A DNA stretch of 64,000 nucleotides from Antedon mediterranea. Taxonomy: Eukaryota > Animalia > Echinodermata. Below, piece by piece: positions 26,740 to 39,600 of this stretch; within the stretch, counting starts at the first letter, position 1; each line of letters opens with the position of its first letter. Under the pieces are notes generated by a model, which had not been told where the DNA came from, did no database searches, and was given only the letters and a program-made list of their open reading frames with translations. The DNA lies in contig NC_092680.1 in the NCBI RefSeq assembly GCF_964355755.1, forward strand, positions 11,780,001-11,844,000. The letters run 5' to 3'. Position numbers and translations under genes: made by a program.

Positions 26740-29700
26740 GTGTTTTTATGTTAACAAGTTTTTTCGAAAATCACAAAATGGTCTAAAACGTCTCCAAATG
26801 CGATTTGAAGCTCTTCTGTACACTTTGATGTTTTGTGTGAAAAAGTTTTGTCGAAATTCTCAAAATGGTCTAAAACGTTTTTAAATACGATATTAAGCTG
26901 TTTTGTGCACTTTGATGATTTGTGTGAAAAGTTTTAACGAAATGCTCAAAATGGTCAAAAACGGTTTTTAATGTGATTTTAAGCACTTTGATGTTTTTGT
27001 GTAACCAAGTTTTTTCGAAAATCACAAAATGGTCTAAAACGTCTCCAAATGCGATTTGAAGCTTTTCTAAGCACTTTGGTGTTTTTATGTTAACAAGTTT
27101 TTTCGAAAATCACAAAATGGTCTAAAACGTCTCCAAATGCGATTTGAAGATATTCTGAGCACTTTGGTGTTTTTATGTTAAAAAGTTTTTTCGAAAATCA
27201 CAAAATGGTCTAAAACGTCTTCAAATGCGATTTGAAGCTATTCTGTACACTTTGATGTTTTGTGTGAAAAAGTTTTGTCGAAATGCTCAAAATGGTCTAA
27301 AACGGTTTCTAATGCGATTTGAAGCTATTCTGTACACTTTGAAGTTTTGTGTGAAAAAGTTTTCTCGAAATGCTCAAAATGGTCTAAAACGTTTTTATAT
27401 ACCATATTAAGCTATTTTGTGCACTTTGATGTTTTTTGTGAAAAGTTTTATCGAAATTCTCAAAATGGTCTAAAACGGTTTCTATTGTGATTTTAAGCAC
27501 TTTGATGATTTTGTGTAACCAAGTTTCATCGAAATGTACAAAATGGTCTAAAACGTCTCCAAATGCGATTTGAAGCTATTCTAAGTACTTTTGTGTTTTT
27601 ATGTTAACAAGTTTTTTCGAAAATCACAAAATGGTCTAAAACGTCTTCAAATGCGATTTGAAGCTATTCTGTACACTTTGATGTTTTGTGTGAAAAAGTT
27701 TTGTCGAAATGATCAAAATGGTCTAAAACGTTTTTAAATACGATATTAAGCTATTTTGTGATCTTTGATGTTTTTGTGTGAAAAGTTTTATCGAAATGCT
27801 CAAAATGGTCTAAAACGGTTTCTATTGTGATTTTAAGCACTTTGATGATTTTGTGTAACCAAGTTTCATCGAAATGTACAAAATGGTCTAAAACGTCTCC
27901 AAATGCGATTTGAAGCTATTCTAAGTACTTTTGTGTTTTTATGTTAACAAGTTTTTTCGAAAATCACAAAATGGTCTAAAACGTCTTCAAATGCGATTTG
28001 AATCTATTCTGTACACTTTGGTGTTTTTATGTTAAAAAGTTTTTTTGAAAATCACAAAAAGGTCTAAAACGTCTCAAAATGCGATTTGAAGCTATTCTGT
28101 ACACTTTGATGTTTTGTGTGAAAAAGTTTTCTCGAAATGCTCAAAATGGTCTAAAACGTTTTTAAAACGATATTAAGCTATTTTGTGCTCTTTGATGTTT
28201 TTGTTTAACCAAGTTTCATCGAAAATCACAAAATGGTCTAAAACGTTTCCAAATGCGATTTGAAGCTCTTCTGTACACTTTGATGTTTTGTGTGAAAAAG
28301 TTTTGTCGAAATTCTCAAAATGGTCTAAAACGTTTTTAAATACGATATTAAGCTGTTTTGTGCACTTAGATGATTTGTGTGAAAAGTTTTAACGAAATGC
28401 TCAAAATGGTCAAAAACGGTTTCTAATGTGATTTTAAGCACTTTGATGTTTTTGTGTAACCAAGTTTTTTCGAAAATCACAAAATGGTCTAAAACGTCTC
28501 CAAATGCGATTTGAAGCTTTTCTAAGCACTTTGGTGTTTTTATGTTAACAAGTTTTTTTGAAAATCACAAAATGGTCTAAAACGTCTCCAAATGCGATTT
28601 GAAGATATTCTGAGCACTTTGGTGTTTTTATGTTAAAAAGTTTTTTCGAAAATCACAAAATAGTCTAAAACGTCTCCAAATGCGATTTGAAGCTATTCTG
28701 TACACTTTGATGTTTTGTGTGAAAAAGTTTTGTCGAAATACTCAAAATGGTCTAAAACGTTCTTAAAACGATATTAAGCTATTTTGTGCTCTTTGATGTT
28801 TTTGTGTAACCAAGTTTCATCGAAAATCACAAAATGGTCTAAAACGTCTCCAAATGCGATTTGAAGCTTTTCTAAGCACTTTGGTGTTTTTATGTTAACA
28901 AGTTTTTTTCGAAAATCACGAAATGGTCTAAAACGTCTCCAAATGCGATTTGAAGATATTCTGAGCACTTTGGTGTTTTTATGTTAAAAAGTTTTTTCGA
29001 AAATCACAAAATGGTCTAAAACGTCTCCAAATGCGATTTGAAGCTCTTCTGTACACTTTGATGTTTTGTGTGAAAAAGTTTTGTCGAAATGCTCAAAATG
29101 GTCTAAAACGTTTTTAAATACGATATTAAGCTGTTTTGTGCACTTTAATGATTTGTGTGAAAAGTTTTAACGAAATGCTCAAAATGGTCTAAAACGGTTT
29201 CTAATGTGATTTTAAGCACTTTGATGTTTTTGTGTAACCAAGTTTTTTCAAAAATCACAAAATGGTCTAAAACGTCTCCAAATGCGATTTGAAGCTTTTC
29301 TAAGCACTTTGGTGTTTTTATGTTAACAAGTTTTTTCGAAAATCACAAAATGGTCTAAAACGTCTCCAAATGCGATTTGAGGATATTCTGAGCACTTTGG
29401 TGTTTTTATGTTAAAAAGTTTTTTCGAAAATCACAAAATGGTCTAAAACGTCTCCAAATGCGATTTGAAGCTATTCTGTACACTTTGATGTTTTGTGTGA
29501 AAAAGTTTTGTCGAAATGCTCAAAATGGTCTAAAACGTTTTTAAAACGATATTAAGCTATTTTGTGCTCTTTGATGTTTTTGTGTAACCAAGTTTCATCA
29601 AAATCAACAAAATGGTCTAATACGTCTCCAAATGCGATTTGAAGCTTTTCCAAGCACTTTGCTGTTTTTATGTTAACAAGTTTTTTCGAAAATCACAAAA

Positions 29701-32129
29701 TGGTCTAAAACGTCTTCAAATGCGATTTGAAGCTATTCTGTACACTTTGATGTTTTGTGTGAAAAAGTTTTGTCAAAATGCTCAAAATGGTCTAAAACGT
29801 TTTTAAATACGATATTAAGCTATTTTGTGATCTTTGATGTTTTTGTGTGAAAAGTTTTATCGAAATGCTCAAAATGGTCTAAAACGGTTTCTAATGCGAT
29901 TTGAAGCTATTCTGTACACTTTGAAGTTTTTTGTGAAAAAGTTTTCTCGAAATGCTCAAAATGGTCTAAAAAGTTTTTATATACCATATTAAGCTATTTT
30001 GTGCACTTTGATGTTTTTTGTGAAAAGTTTTATCGAAATGCTCAAAATGGTCTAAAACGGTTTCTATTGTGATTTTAAGCACTTTGATGATTTTGTGTAA
30101 CCAAGTTTCATCGAAATGTACAAAATGGTCTAAAACGTCTCCAAATGCGATTTGAAGCTATTCTAAGTACTTTTGTGTTTTTATGTTAACAAGTTTTTTC
30201 GAAAATCACAAAATGGTCTAAAACGTCTTCAAATGCGATTTGAAGCACTTTGATGATTTTGTGTAACCAAGTTTCATCGAAATGTACAAAATGGTCTAAA
30301 ACGTCTTCAAATGCGATTTGAAGCTCTTCTGTACACTTTTATGTTTTGTGTGAAAAAGTTTTGTCGAAATTCTCAAAATGGTCTAAAACGTTTTTAAATA
30401 CGATATTAAGCTGTTTTGTGCACTTTGATGATTTGTGTGAAAAGTTTTAACGAAATGCTCAAAATGGTCAAAAACGGTTTCTAATGTGATTTTAAGCACT
30501 TTGATGTTTTTGTGTAACCAAGTTTTTTCAAAAATCACAAAATGGTCTAAAACGTCTCCAAATGCGATTTGAAGCTTTTCTAAGCACTTTGGTGTTTTTA
30601 TGTTAACAAGTTTTTTCGAAAATCACAAAATGGTCTAAAACGTCTCCAAATGCGATTTGAAGATATTCTGAGCACTTTGGTGTTTTTATGTTAAAAAGTT
30701 TTTTCGAAAATCACAAAATAGTCTAAAACGTCTCCAAATGCGATTTGAAGCTATTCTGTACACTTTGATGTTTTGTGTGAAAAAGTTTTGTCGAAATGCT
30801 CAAAATGGTCTAAAACGTTTTTAAAACGATATTAAGCTTTTTTGTGCTCTTTGATGTTTTTGTGTAACCAAGTTTCATCGAAAATCACAAAATGGTCTAA
30901 AACGTCTCAAAATGCGATTTGAAGCTTTTCTAAGCACTTTGGTGTTTTTATGTTAACAAGTTTTTTCGAAAATCACGAAATGGTCTAAAATGTCTCCAAA
31001 TGCGATTTGAAGATATTCTGAGCACTTTGGTGTTTTTATGTTAAAAAGTTTTTTCGAAAATCACAAAATGGTCTAAAACGTCTCCAAATGCGATTTGAAG
31101 CTCTTCTGTACACTTTGATGTTTTGTGTGAAAAAGTTTTGTCGAAATGCTCAAAATGGTCTAAAACGTTTTTAAATACGATATTAAGCTGTTTTGTGCAC
31201 TTTGATGATTTGTGTGAAAAGTTTTAACGAAATGCTCAAAATGGTCTAAAACGGTTTCTAATGTGATTTTAAGCACTTTGATGTTTTTGTGTAACCAAGT
31301 TTTTTCGAAAATCACAAAATAGTCTAAAACGTCTCCAAATGCGATTTGAAGCTTTTCTAAGCACTTTGGTGTTTTTATGTTAACAAGTTTTTTCGAAAAT
31401 CACAAAATGGTCTAAAACGTCTCCAAATGCGATTTGAGGATATTCTGAGCACTTTGGTGTTTTTTTGTTAAAAAGTTTTTTCGAAAATCACAAAATGGTC
31501 TAAAACGTCTCCAAATGCGATTTGAAGCTATTCTGTACACTTTGATGTTTTGTGTGAAAAAGTTTTGTCGAAATGCTCAAAATGGTCTAAAACGTTTTTA
31601 AATACGATATTAAGCTATTTTGTGATCTTTGATGTTTTTGTGTGAAAAGTTTTATCGAAATGCTCAAAATGGTCTAAAACGGTTTCTATTGTGATTTTAA
31701 GCACTTTGATGATTTTGTGTAACCAAGTTTCATCGAAATGTACAAAATGGTCTAAAACGTCTCCAAATGCGATTTGAAGCTATTCTAAGTACTTTTGTGT
31801 TTTTATGTTAACAAGTTTTTTCGAAAATCACAAAATGGTCTAAAACGTCTTCAAATGCGATTTGAAGCTATTCTGTACACTTTGATGTTTTGTGTGAAAA
31901 AGTTTTGTCAAAATGCTCAAAATGGTCTAAAACGTTTTTAAAACGATATTAAGCTATTTTGTGCTCTTTGATGTTTTTGTGTAACCAAGTTTCATCGAAA
32001 ATCACAAAATGGTCTAAAACGTCTCCAAATGCGATTTGAAGCTTTTCTAAGCACTTTGGTGTTTTTATGTTAACAAGTTTTTTCGAAAATCACAAAATGG
32101 TCTAAAACGTCTCCAAATGCGATTTGAAG
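26740..32129 (+). repeat. ~5.4-kb block duplicated ~10 kb downstream, copy 1
   Basis: Markers at +9,961: aatctattct 28001/37962, cacaaaaaggtc, tgcacttaga 28361/38322, gaaatactc ~28735/~38696. ORF pairs 27225/37186 and 28774/38735 agree. The start is approximate. Confidence 0.8.
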
Positions 32130-32526
32130 CTCTTCTGTACACTTTGATGTTTTGTTTGAAAAAGTTTTGTCGAAATTCTCAAAATGGTCTAAAACGTTTT
32201 TAAATACGATATTAAGCTGTTTTGTGCACTTTGATGATTTGTGTGAAAAGTTTTAACGAAATGCTCAAAATGGTCTAAAACGGTTTCTAATGTGATTTTA
32301 AGCACTTTGATGTTTTTGTGTAACCAAGTTTTTTAAAAAATCACAAAATGGTCTAAAACGTCTCCAAATGCGATTTGAAGCTTTTCTAAGCACTTTGGTG
32401 TTTTTATGTTAACAAGTTTTTTCGAAAATCACAAAATGGTCTAAAACGTCTCCAAATGCGATTTGAAGATATTCTGAGCACTTTGGTATTTTTATGTTTA
32501 AAAGTTTTTTCGAAAATGACAAAATG
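30721..32526 (+). repeat. Second copy of the 21-monomer (1,806 bp) higher-order repeat
   Basis: Core at 30721 and core at 32527, with the same monomer-type order as 3781-5587. Confidence 0.75.
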
Positions 32527-35500
32527 GTCTAAAACGTCTCCAAACGCGATTTGAAGCTCTTCTGTACACTTTGATGTTTTGTGTGAAAAAGTTTTGTCGA
32601 AATTCTCAAAATGGTCTAAAACGTTTTTAAATACGATATTAAGCTGTTTTGTGCACTTTGATGATTTGTGTGAAAAGTTTTAACGAAATGCTCAAAATGG
32701 TCAAAAACGGTTTCTAATGTGATTTTAAGCACTTTGATGTTTTTGTGTAACCAAGTTTTTTCAAAAATCACAAAATGGTCTAAAACGTCTCCAAATGCGA
32801 TTTGAAGCTTTTCTAAGCACTTTGGTGTTTTTATGTTAACAAGTTTTTTCGAAAATCACAAAATGGTCTAAAACGTCTCCAAATGCGATTTGAAGATATT
32901 CTGAGCACTTTGGTGTTTTTATGTTAAAAAGTTTTTTCGAAAATCACAAAATAGTCTAAAACGTTTCCAAATGCGATTTGAAGCTATTCTGTACACTTTG
33001 ATGTTTTGTGTGAAAAAGTTTTGTCGAAATGCTCAAAATGGTCTAAAACGTTTTTAAAACGATATTATTAAGCTATTTTGTGCTCTTTGATGTTTTTGTG
33101 TAACCAAGTTTCATCGAAAATCACAAAATGGTCTAAAACGTCTCAAAATGCGATTTGAAGCTTTTCTAAGCACTTTGGTGTTTTTATCTTAACAAGTTTT
33201 TTCGAAAATCACGAAATGGTCTAAAATGTCTCCAAATGCGATTTGAAGATATTCTGAGCACTTTGGTGTTTTTATGTTAAAAAGTTTTTTCGAAAATCAC
33301 AAAATGGTCTAAAACGTCTCCAAATGCGATTTGAAGCTCTTCTGTACACTTTGATGTTTTGTGTGAAAAAGTTTTGTCAAAATGCTCAAAATGGTCAAAA
33401 ACGGTTTCTAATGTGATTTTAAGCACTTTGATGTTTTTGTGTAACCAAGTTTTTTAAAAAATCACAAAATGGTCTAAAACGTCTCCAAATGCGATTTGAA
33501 GCTTTTCTAAGCACTTTGGTGTTTTTATGTTAACAAGTTTTTTCGAAAATCACAAAATGGTCTAAAACGTCTCCAAATGCGATTTGAAGATATTCTGAGC
33601 ACTTTGGTGTTTTTATGTTAAAAAGTTTTTTCGAAAAACACAAAATAGTCTAAAACGTCTCAAAATGCGATTTGAAGCTATTCTGTACACTTTGATGTTT
33701 TGTGTGAAAAAGTTTTGTCGAAATGCTCAAAATGGTCTAAAACGTTTTTAAAACGATATTAAGCTATTTTGTGCTCTTTGATGTTTTTGTGTAACCAAGT
33801 TTCATCGAAAATCACAAAATGGTCTAAAACGTCTCAAAATGCGATTTGAAGCTTTTCTAAGCACTTTGGTGTTTTTATGTTAACAATTTTTTTCGAAAAT
33901 CACAAAATGGTCTAAAACATCTCCAAATGCGATTTGAAGCTCTTCTGTACACTTTGATGTTTTGTGTGAAAAAGTTTTGTCGAAATTCTCAAAATGGTCT
34001 AAAAGGTTTTTAAATACGATATTAAGCTGTTTTGTGCACTTTGATGATTTGTGTGAAAAGTTTTAACGAAATGCTCAAAATGGTCTAAAACGGTTTCTAA
34101 TGTGATTTTAAGCACTTTGGTGTTTTTGTGTAACCAAGTTTTTTCGAAAATCACAAAATAGTCTAAAACGTCTCCAAATGCGATTTGAAGCTTTTCTAAG
34201 CACTTTGGTGTTTTTATGTTAACAAGTTTTTTCGAAAATCACAAAATGGTCTAAAACGTCTCCAAATGCGATTTGAGGATATTCTGAGCACTTTGGTGTT
34301 TTTTTGTTAAAAAGTTTTTTCAAAAATCACAAAATGGTCTAAAACGTCTCCAAATGCGATTTGAAGCTATTCTGTACACTTTGATGTTTTGTGTGAAAAA
34401 GTTTTGTCGAAATGCTCAAAATGGTCTAAAACGTTTTTAAATACGATATTAGGCTATTTTGTGATCTTTGATGTTTTTGTGTGAAAAGTTTTATCGAAAT
34501 GCTCAAAATGGTCTAAAACGGTTTCTATTGTGATTTTAAGCACTTTGATGATTTTGTGTAACCAAGTTTCATCGAAATGTACAAAATGGTCTAAAACGTC
34601 TCCAAATGCGATTTGAAGCTATTCTAAGTACTTTTGTGTTTTTATGTTAACAAGTTTTTTCGAAAATCACAAAATGGTCTAAAACGTCTTCAAATGCGAT
34701 TTGAAGCTATTCTGTACACTTTGATGTTTTGTGTGAAAAAGTTTTGTCAAAATGCTCAAAATGGTCTAAAACGTTTTTAAAACGATATTAAGCTATTTTG
34801 TGCTCTTTGATGTTTTTGTGTAACCAAGTTTCATCGAAAATCACAAAATGGTCTAAAACGTCTCCAAATGCGATTTGAAGCTTTTCTAAGCACTTTGGTG
34901 TTTTTATGTTAAGAAGTTTTTTCGAAAATCACGAAATTGTCTAAAATGTCTCCAAATGCGATTTGAAGATATTCTGAGCACTTTGGTGTTTTTATGTTAA
35001 AAAGTTTTTTCGAAAATCACAAAATGGTCTAAAACGTCTTCAAATGCGATTTGAAGCTATTCTGTACACTTTGATGTTTTGTGTGAAAAAGTTTTGTCAA
35101 AATGCTCAAAATGGTCTAAAAAGTTTTTAAAACGATATTAAGCTATTTTGTGCTCTTTGATGTTTTTGTGTAACCAAGTTTTATCGAAAATCAAAAAATG
35201 GTCTAAAACGTCTCCAAATGCGATTTGAAGCTTTTCTAAGCACTTTGGTGTTTTTATGTTAACAAGTTTTTTCGAAAATCACAAAATGGTCTAAAACGTC
35301 TCCAAATGCGATTTGAAGCTCTTCTGTACACTTTGATGTTTTGTGTGAAAAAGTTTTGTCGAAATTCTCAAAATGGTCTAAAACGTTTTTAAATACGATA
35401 TTAAGCTGTTTTGGGCACTTTGATGATTTGTGTGAAAAGCTTTAACGAAATGCTCAAAATGGTCAAAAACGGTTTCTAATGTGATTTTAAGCACTTTGAT

Positions 35501-36699
35501 GTTTTTGTGTAACCAAGTTTTTTCGAAAATCACAAAATTGTCTAAAACGTCTCCAAATGCGATTTGAAGCTTTTCTAAGCACTTTGGTGTTTTTATGTTA
35601 ACAAGTTTTTTCGAAAATCACAAAATGGTCTAAAACGTCTCCAAATGCGATTTGAAGATATTCTGAGCACTTTGGTGTTTTTATGTTAAAAAGTTTTTTC
35701 GAAAATCACAAAATAGTCTAAAACGTCTCCAAATGCGATTTGAAGCTATTCTGTACACTTTGATGTTTTGTGTGAAAAAGTTTTGTCGAAATGCTCAAAA
35801 TGGTCTAAAACGTTTTTAAAACGATATTAAGCTATTTTGTGCTCTTTGATGTTTTTGTGTAACCAAGTTTCATCGAAAATCACAAAATGGTCTAAAACGT
35901 CTCCAAATGCGATTTGAAGCTTTTCTAAGCACTTTGGTGTTTTTATGTTAACAAGTTTTTTCGAAAATCACGAAATGGTCTAAAATGTCTCCAAATGCGA
36001 TTTGAAGATATTCTGAGCACTTTGGTGTTTTTATGTTAAAACGTTTTTTCGAAAATCACAAAATGGTCTAAAACGTTTTTAAATACGATATTAAGCTATT
36101 TTGTGATCTTTGATGTTTTTGTGTGAAAAGTTTTATCGAAATGCTCAAAATGGTCTAAAACGGTTTCTAATGCGATTTGAAGCTATTCTGTACACTTTGA
36201 AGTTTTTTGTGAAAAAGTTTTCTCGAAATGCTCAAAATGGTCTATAACGTTTTTATATACCATATTAAGCTATTTTGTGCACTTTGATGTTTTTTGTGAA
36301 AAGTTTTATCGAAATTCTCAAAATGGTCTAAAACGGTTTCTATTGTGATTTTAAGCACTTTGATGATTTTGTGTAACCAAGTTTCATCGAAATGTACAAA
36401 ATGGTCTAAAACGTCTCCAAATGCGATTTGAAGCTCTTCTGTACACTTTGATGTTTTGTGTGAAAAAGTTTTGTCGAAATTCTCAAAATGGTCTAAAACG
36501 TTTTTAAATACGATATTAAGCTGTTTTGTGCACTTTGATGATTTGTGTGAAAAGTTTTAACGAAATGCTCAAAATGGTCAAAAATGGTTTCTAATGTGAT
36601 TTTAAGCACTTTGATGTTTTTGTGTAACCAAGTTTTTTAAAAAATCACAAAATGGTCTAAAACGTCTCCAAATGCGATTTGAAGCTTTTCTAAGCACTT

Positions 36700-39600
36700 T
36701 GGTGTTTTTTTGTTAACAAGTTTTTTCGAAAATCACAAAATGGTCTAAAACGTCTCCAAATGCGATTTGAAGCTCTTCTGTACACTTTGATGTTTTGTGT
36801 GAAAAAGTTTTGTCGAAATTCTCAAAATGGTCTAAAACGTTTTTAAATACGATATTAAGCTGTTTTGTGCACTTTGATGATTTGTGTGAAAAGTTTTAAC
36901 GAAATGCTCAAAATGGTCAAAAACGGTTTCTAATGTGATTTTAAGCACTTTGATGTTTTTGTGTAACCAAGTTTTTTCGAAAATCACAAAATGGTCTAAA
37001 ACGTCTCCAAATGCGATTTGAAGCTTTTCTAAGCACTTTGGTGTTTTTATGTTAACAAGTTTTTTCGAAAATCACAAAATGGTCTAAAACGTCTCCAAAT
37101 GCGATTGAAGATATTCTGAGCACTTTGGTGTTTTTATGTTAAAAAGTTTTTTCGAAAATCACAAAATGGTCTAAAACGTCTTCAAATGCGATTTGAAGCT
37201 ATTCTGTACACTTTGATGTTTTGTGTGAAAAAGTTTTGTCGAAATGCTCAAAATGGTCTTAAACGGTTTCTAATGCGATTTGAAGCTATTCTGTACACTT
37301 TGAAGTTTTGTGTGAAAAAGTTTTCTCGAAATGCTCAAAATGGTCTAAAACGTTTTTATATACCATATTAAGCTATTTTGTGCACTTTGATGTTTTTTGT
37401 GAAAAGTTTTATCGAAATTCTCAAAATGGTCTAAAACGGTTTCTATTGTGATTTTAAGCACTTTGATGATTTTGTGTAACCAAGTTTCATCGAAATGTAC
37501 AAAATGGTCTAAAACGTCTCCAAATGCGATTTGAAGCTATTCTAAGTACTTTTGTGTTTTTATGTTAACAAGTTTTTTCGAAAATCACAAAATGGTCTAA
37601 AACGTCTTCAAATGCGATTTGAAGCTATTCTGTACACTTTGATGTTTTGTGTGAAAAAGTTTTGTCGAAATGCTCAAAATGGTCTAAAACGTTTTTAAAT
37701 ACGATATTAAGCTATTTTGTGATCTTTGATGTTTTTGTGTGAAAAGTTTTATCGAAATGCTCAAAATGGTCTAAAACGGTTTCTATTGTGATTTTAAGCA
37801 CTTTGATGATTTTGTGTAACCAAGTTTCATCGAAATGTACAAAATGGTCTAAAACGTCTCCAAATGCGATTTGAAGCTATTCTAAGTACTTTTGTGTTTT
37901 TATGTTAACAAGTTTTTTCGAAAATCACAAAATGGTCTAAAACGTCTTCAAATGCGATTTGAATCTATTCTGTACACTTTGGTGTTTTTATGTTAAAAAG
38001 TTTTTTTGAAAATCACAAAAAGGTCTAAAACGTCTCAAAATGCGATTTGAAGCTATTCTGTACACTTTGATGTTTTGTGTGAAAAAGTTTTCTCGAAATG
38101 CTCAAAATGGTCTAAAACGTTTTTAAAACGATATTAAGCTATTTTGTGCTCTTTGATGTTTTTGTTTAACCAAGTTTCATCGAAAATCACAAAATGGTCT
38201 AAAACGTTTCCAAATGCGATTTGAAGCTCTTCTGTACACTTTGATGTTTTGTGTGAAAAAGTTTTGTCGAAATTCTCAAAATGGTCTAAAACGTTTTTAA
38301 ATACGATATTAAGCTGTTTTGTGCACTTAGATGATTTGTGTGAAAAGTTTTAACGAAATGCTCAAAATGGTCAAAAACGGTTTCTAATGTGATTTTAAGC
38401 ACTTTGATGTTTTTGTGTAACCAAGTTTTTTCGAAAATCACAAAATGGTCTAAAACGTCTCCAAATGCGATTTGAAGCTTTTCTAAGCACTTTGGTGTTT
38501 TTATGTTAACAAGTTTTTTTGAAAATCACAAAATGGTCTAAAACGTCTCCAAATGCGATTTGAAGATATTCTGAGCACTTTGGTGTTTTTATGTTAAAAA
38601 GTTTTTTCGAAAATCACAAAATCGTCTAAAACGTCTCCAAATGCGATTTGAAGCTATTCTGTACACTTTGATGTTTTGTGTGAAAAAGTTTTGTCGAAAT
38701 ACTCAAAATGGTCTAAAACGTTTTTAAAACGATATTAAGCTATTTTGTGCTCTTTGATGTTTTTGTGTAACCAAGTTTCATCGAAAATCACAAAATGGTC
38801 TAAAACGTCTCCAAATGCGATTTGAAGCTTTTCTAAGCACTTTGGTGTTTTTATGTTAACAAGTTTTTTTCGAAAATCACGAAATGGTCTAAAACGTCTC
38901 CAAATGCGATTTGAAGATATTCTGAGCACTTTGGTGTTTTTATGTTAAAAAGTTTTTTCGAAAATCACAAAATGGTCTAAAACGTCTCCAAATGCGATTT
39001 GAAGCTCTTCTGTACACTTTGATGTTTTATGTGAAAAAGTTTTGTCGAAATGCTCAAAATGGTCTAAAACGTTTTTAAATACGATATTAAGCTGTTTTGT
39101 GCACTTTAATGATTTGTGTGAAAAGTTTTAACGAAATGCTCAAAATGGTCTAAAACGGTTTCTAATGTGATTTTAAGCACTTTGATGTTTTTGTGTAACC
39201 AAGTTTTTTCGAAAATCACAAAATGGTCTAAAACGTCTCCAAATGCGATTTGAAGCTTTTCTAAGCACTTTGGTGTTTTTATGTTAACAAGTTTTTTCGA
39301 AAATCACAAAATGGTCTAAAACGTCTCCAAATGCGATTTGAGGATATTCTGAGCACTTTGGTGTTTTTATGTTAAAAAGTTTTTTCGAAAATCACAAAAT
39401 GGTCTAAAACGTCTCCAAATGCGATTTGAAGCTATTCTGTACACTTTGATGTTTTGTGTGAAAAAGTTTTGTCGAAATGCTCAAAATGGTCTAAAACGTT
39501 TTTAAAACGATATTAAGCTATTTTGTGCTCTTTGATGTTTTGTGTGAAAAAGTTTTTTCGAAAATCACAAAATGGTCTAAAACGTCTCCAAATGCGATTT

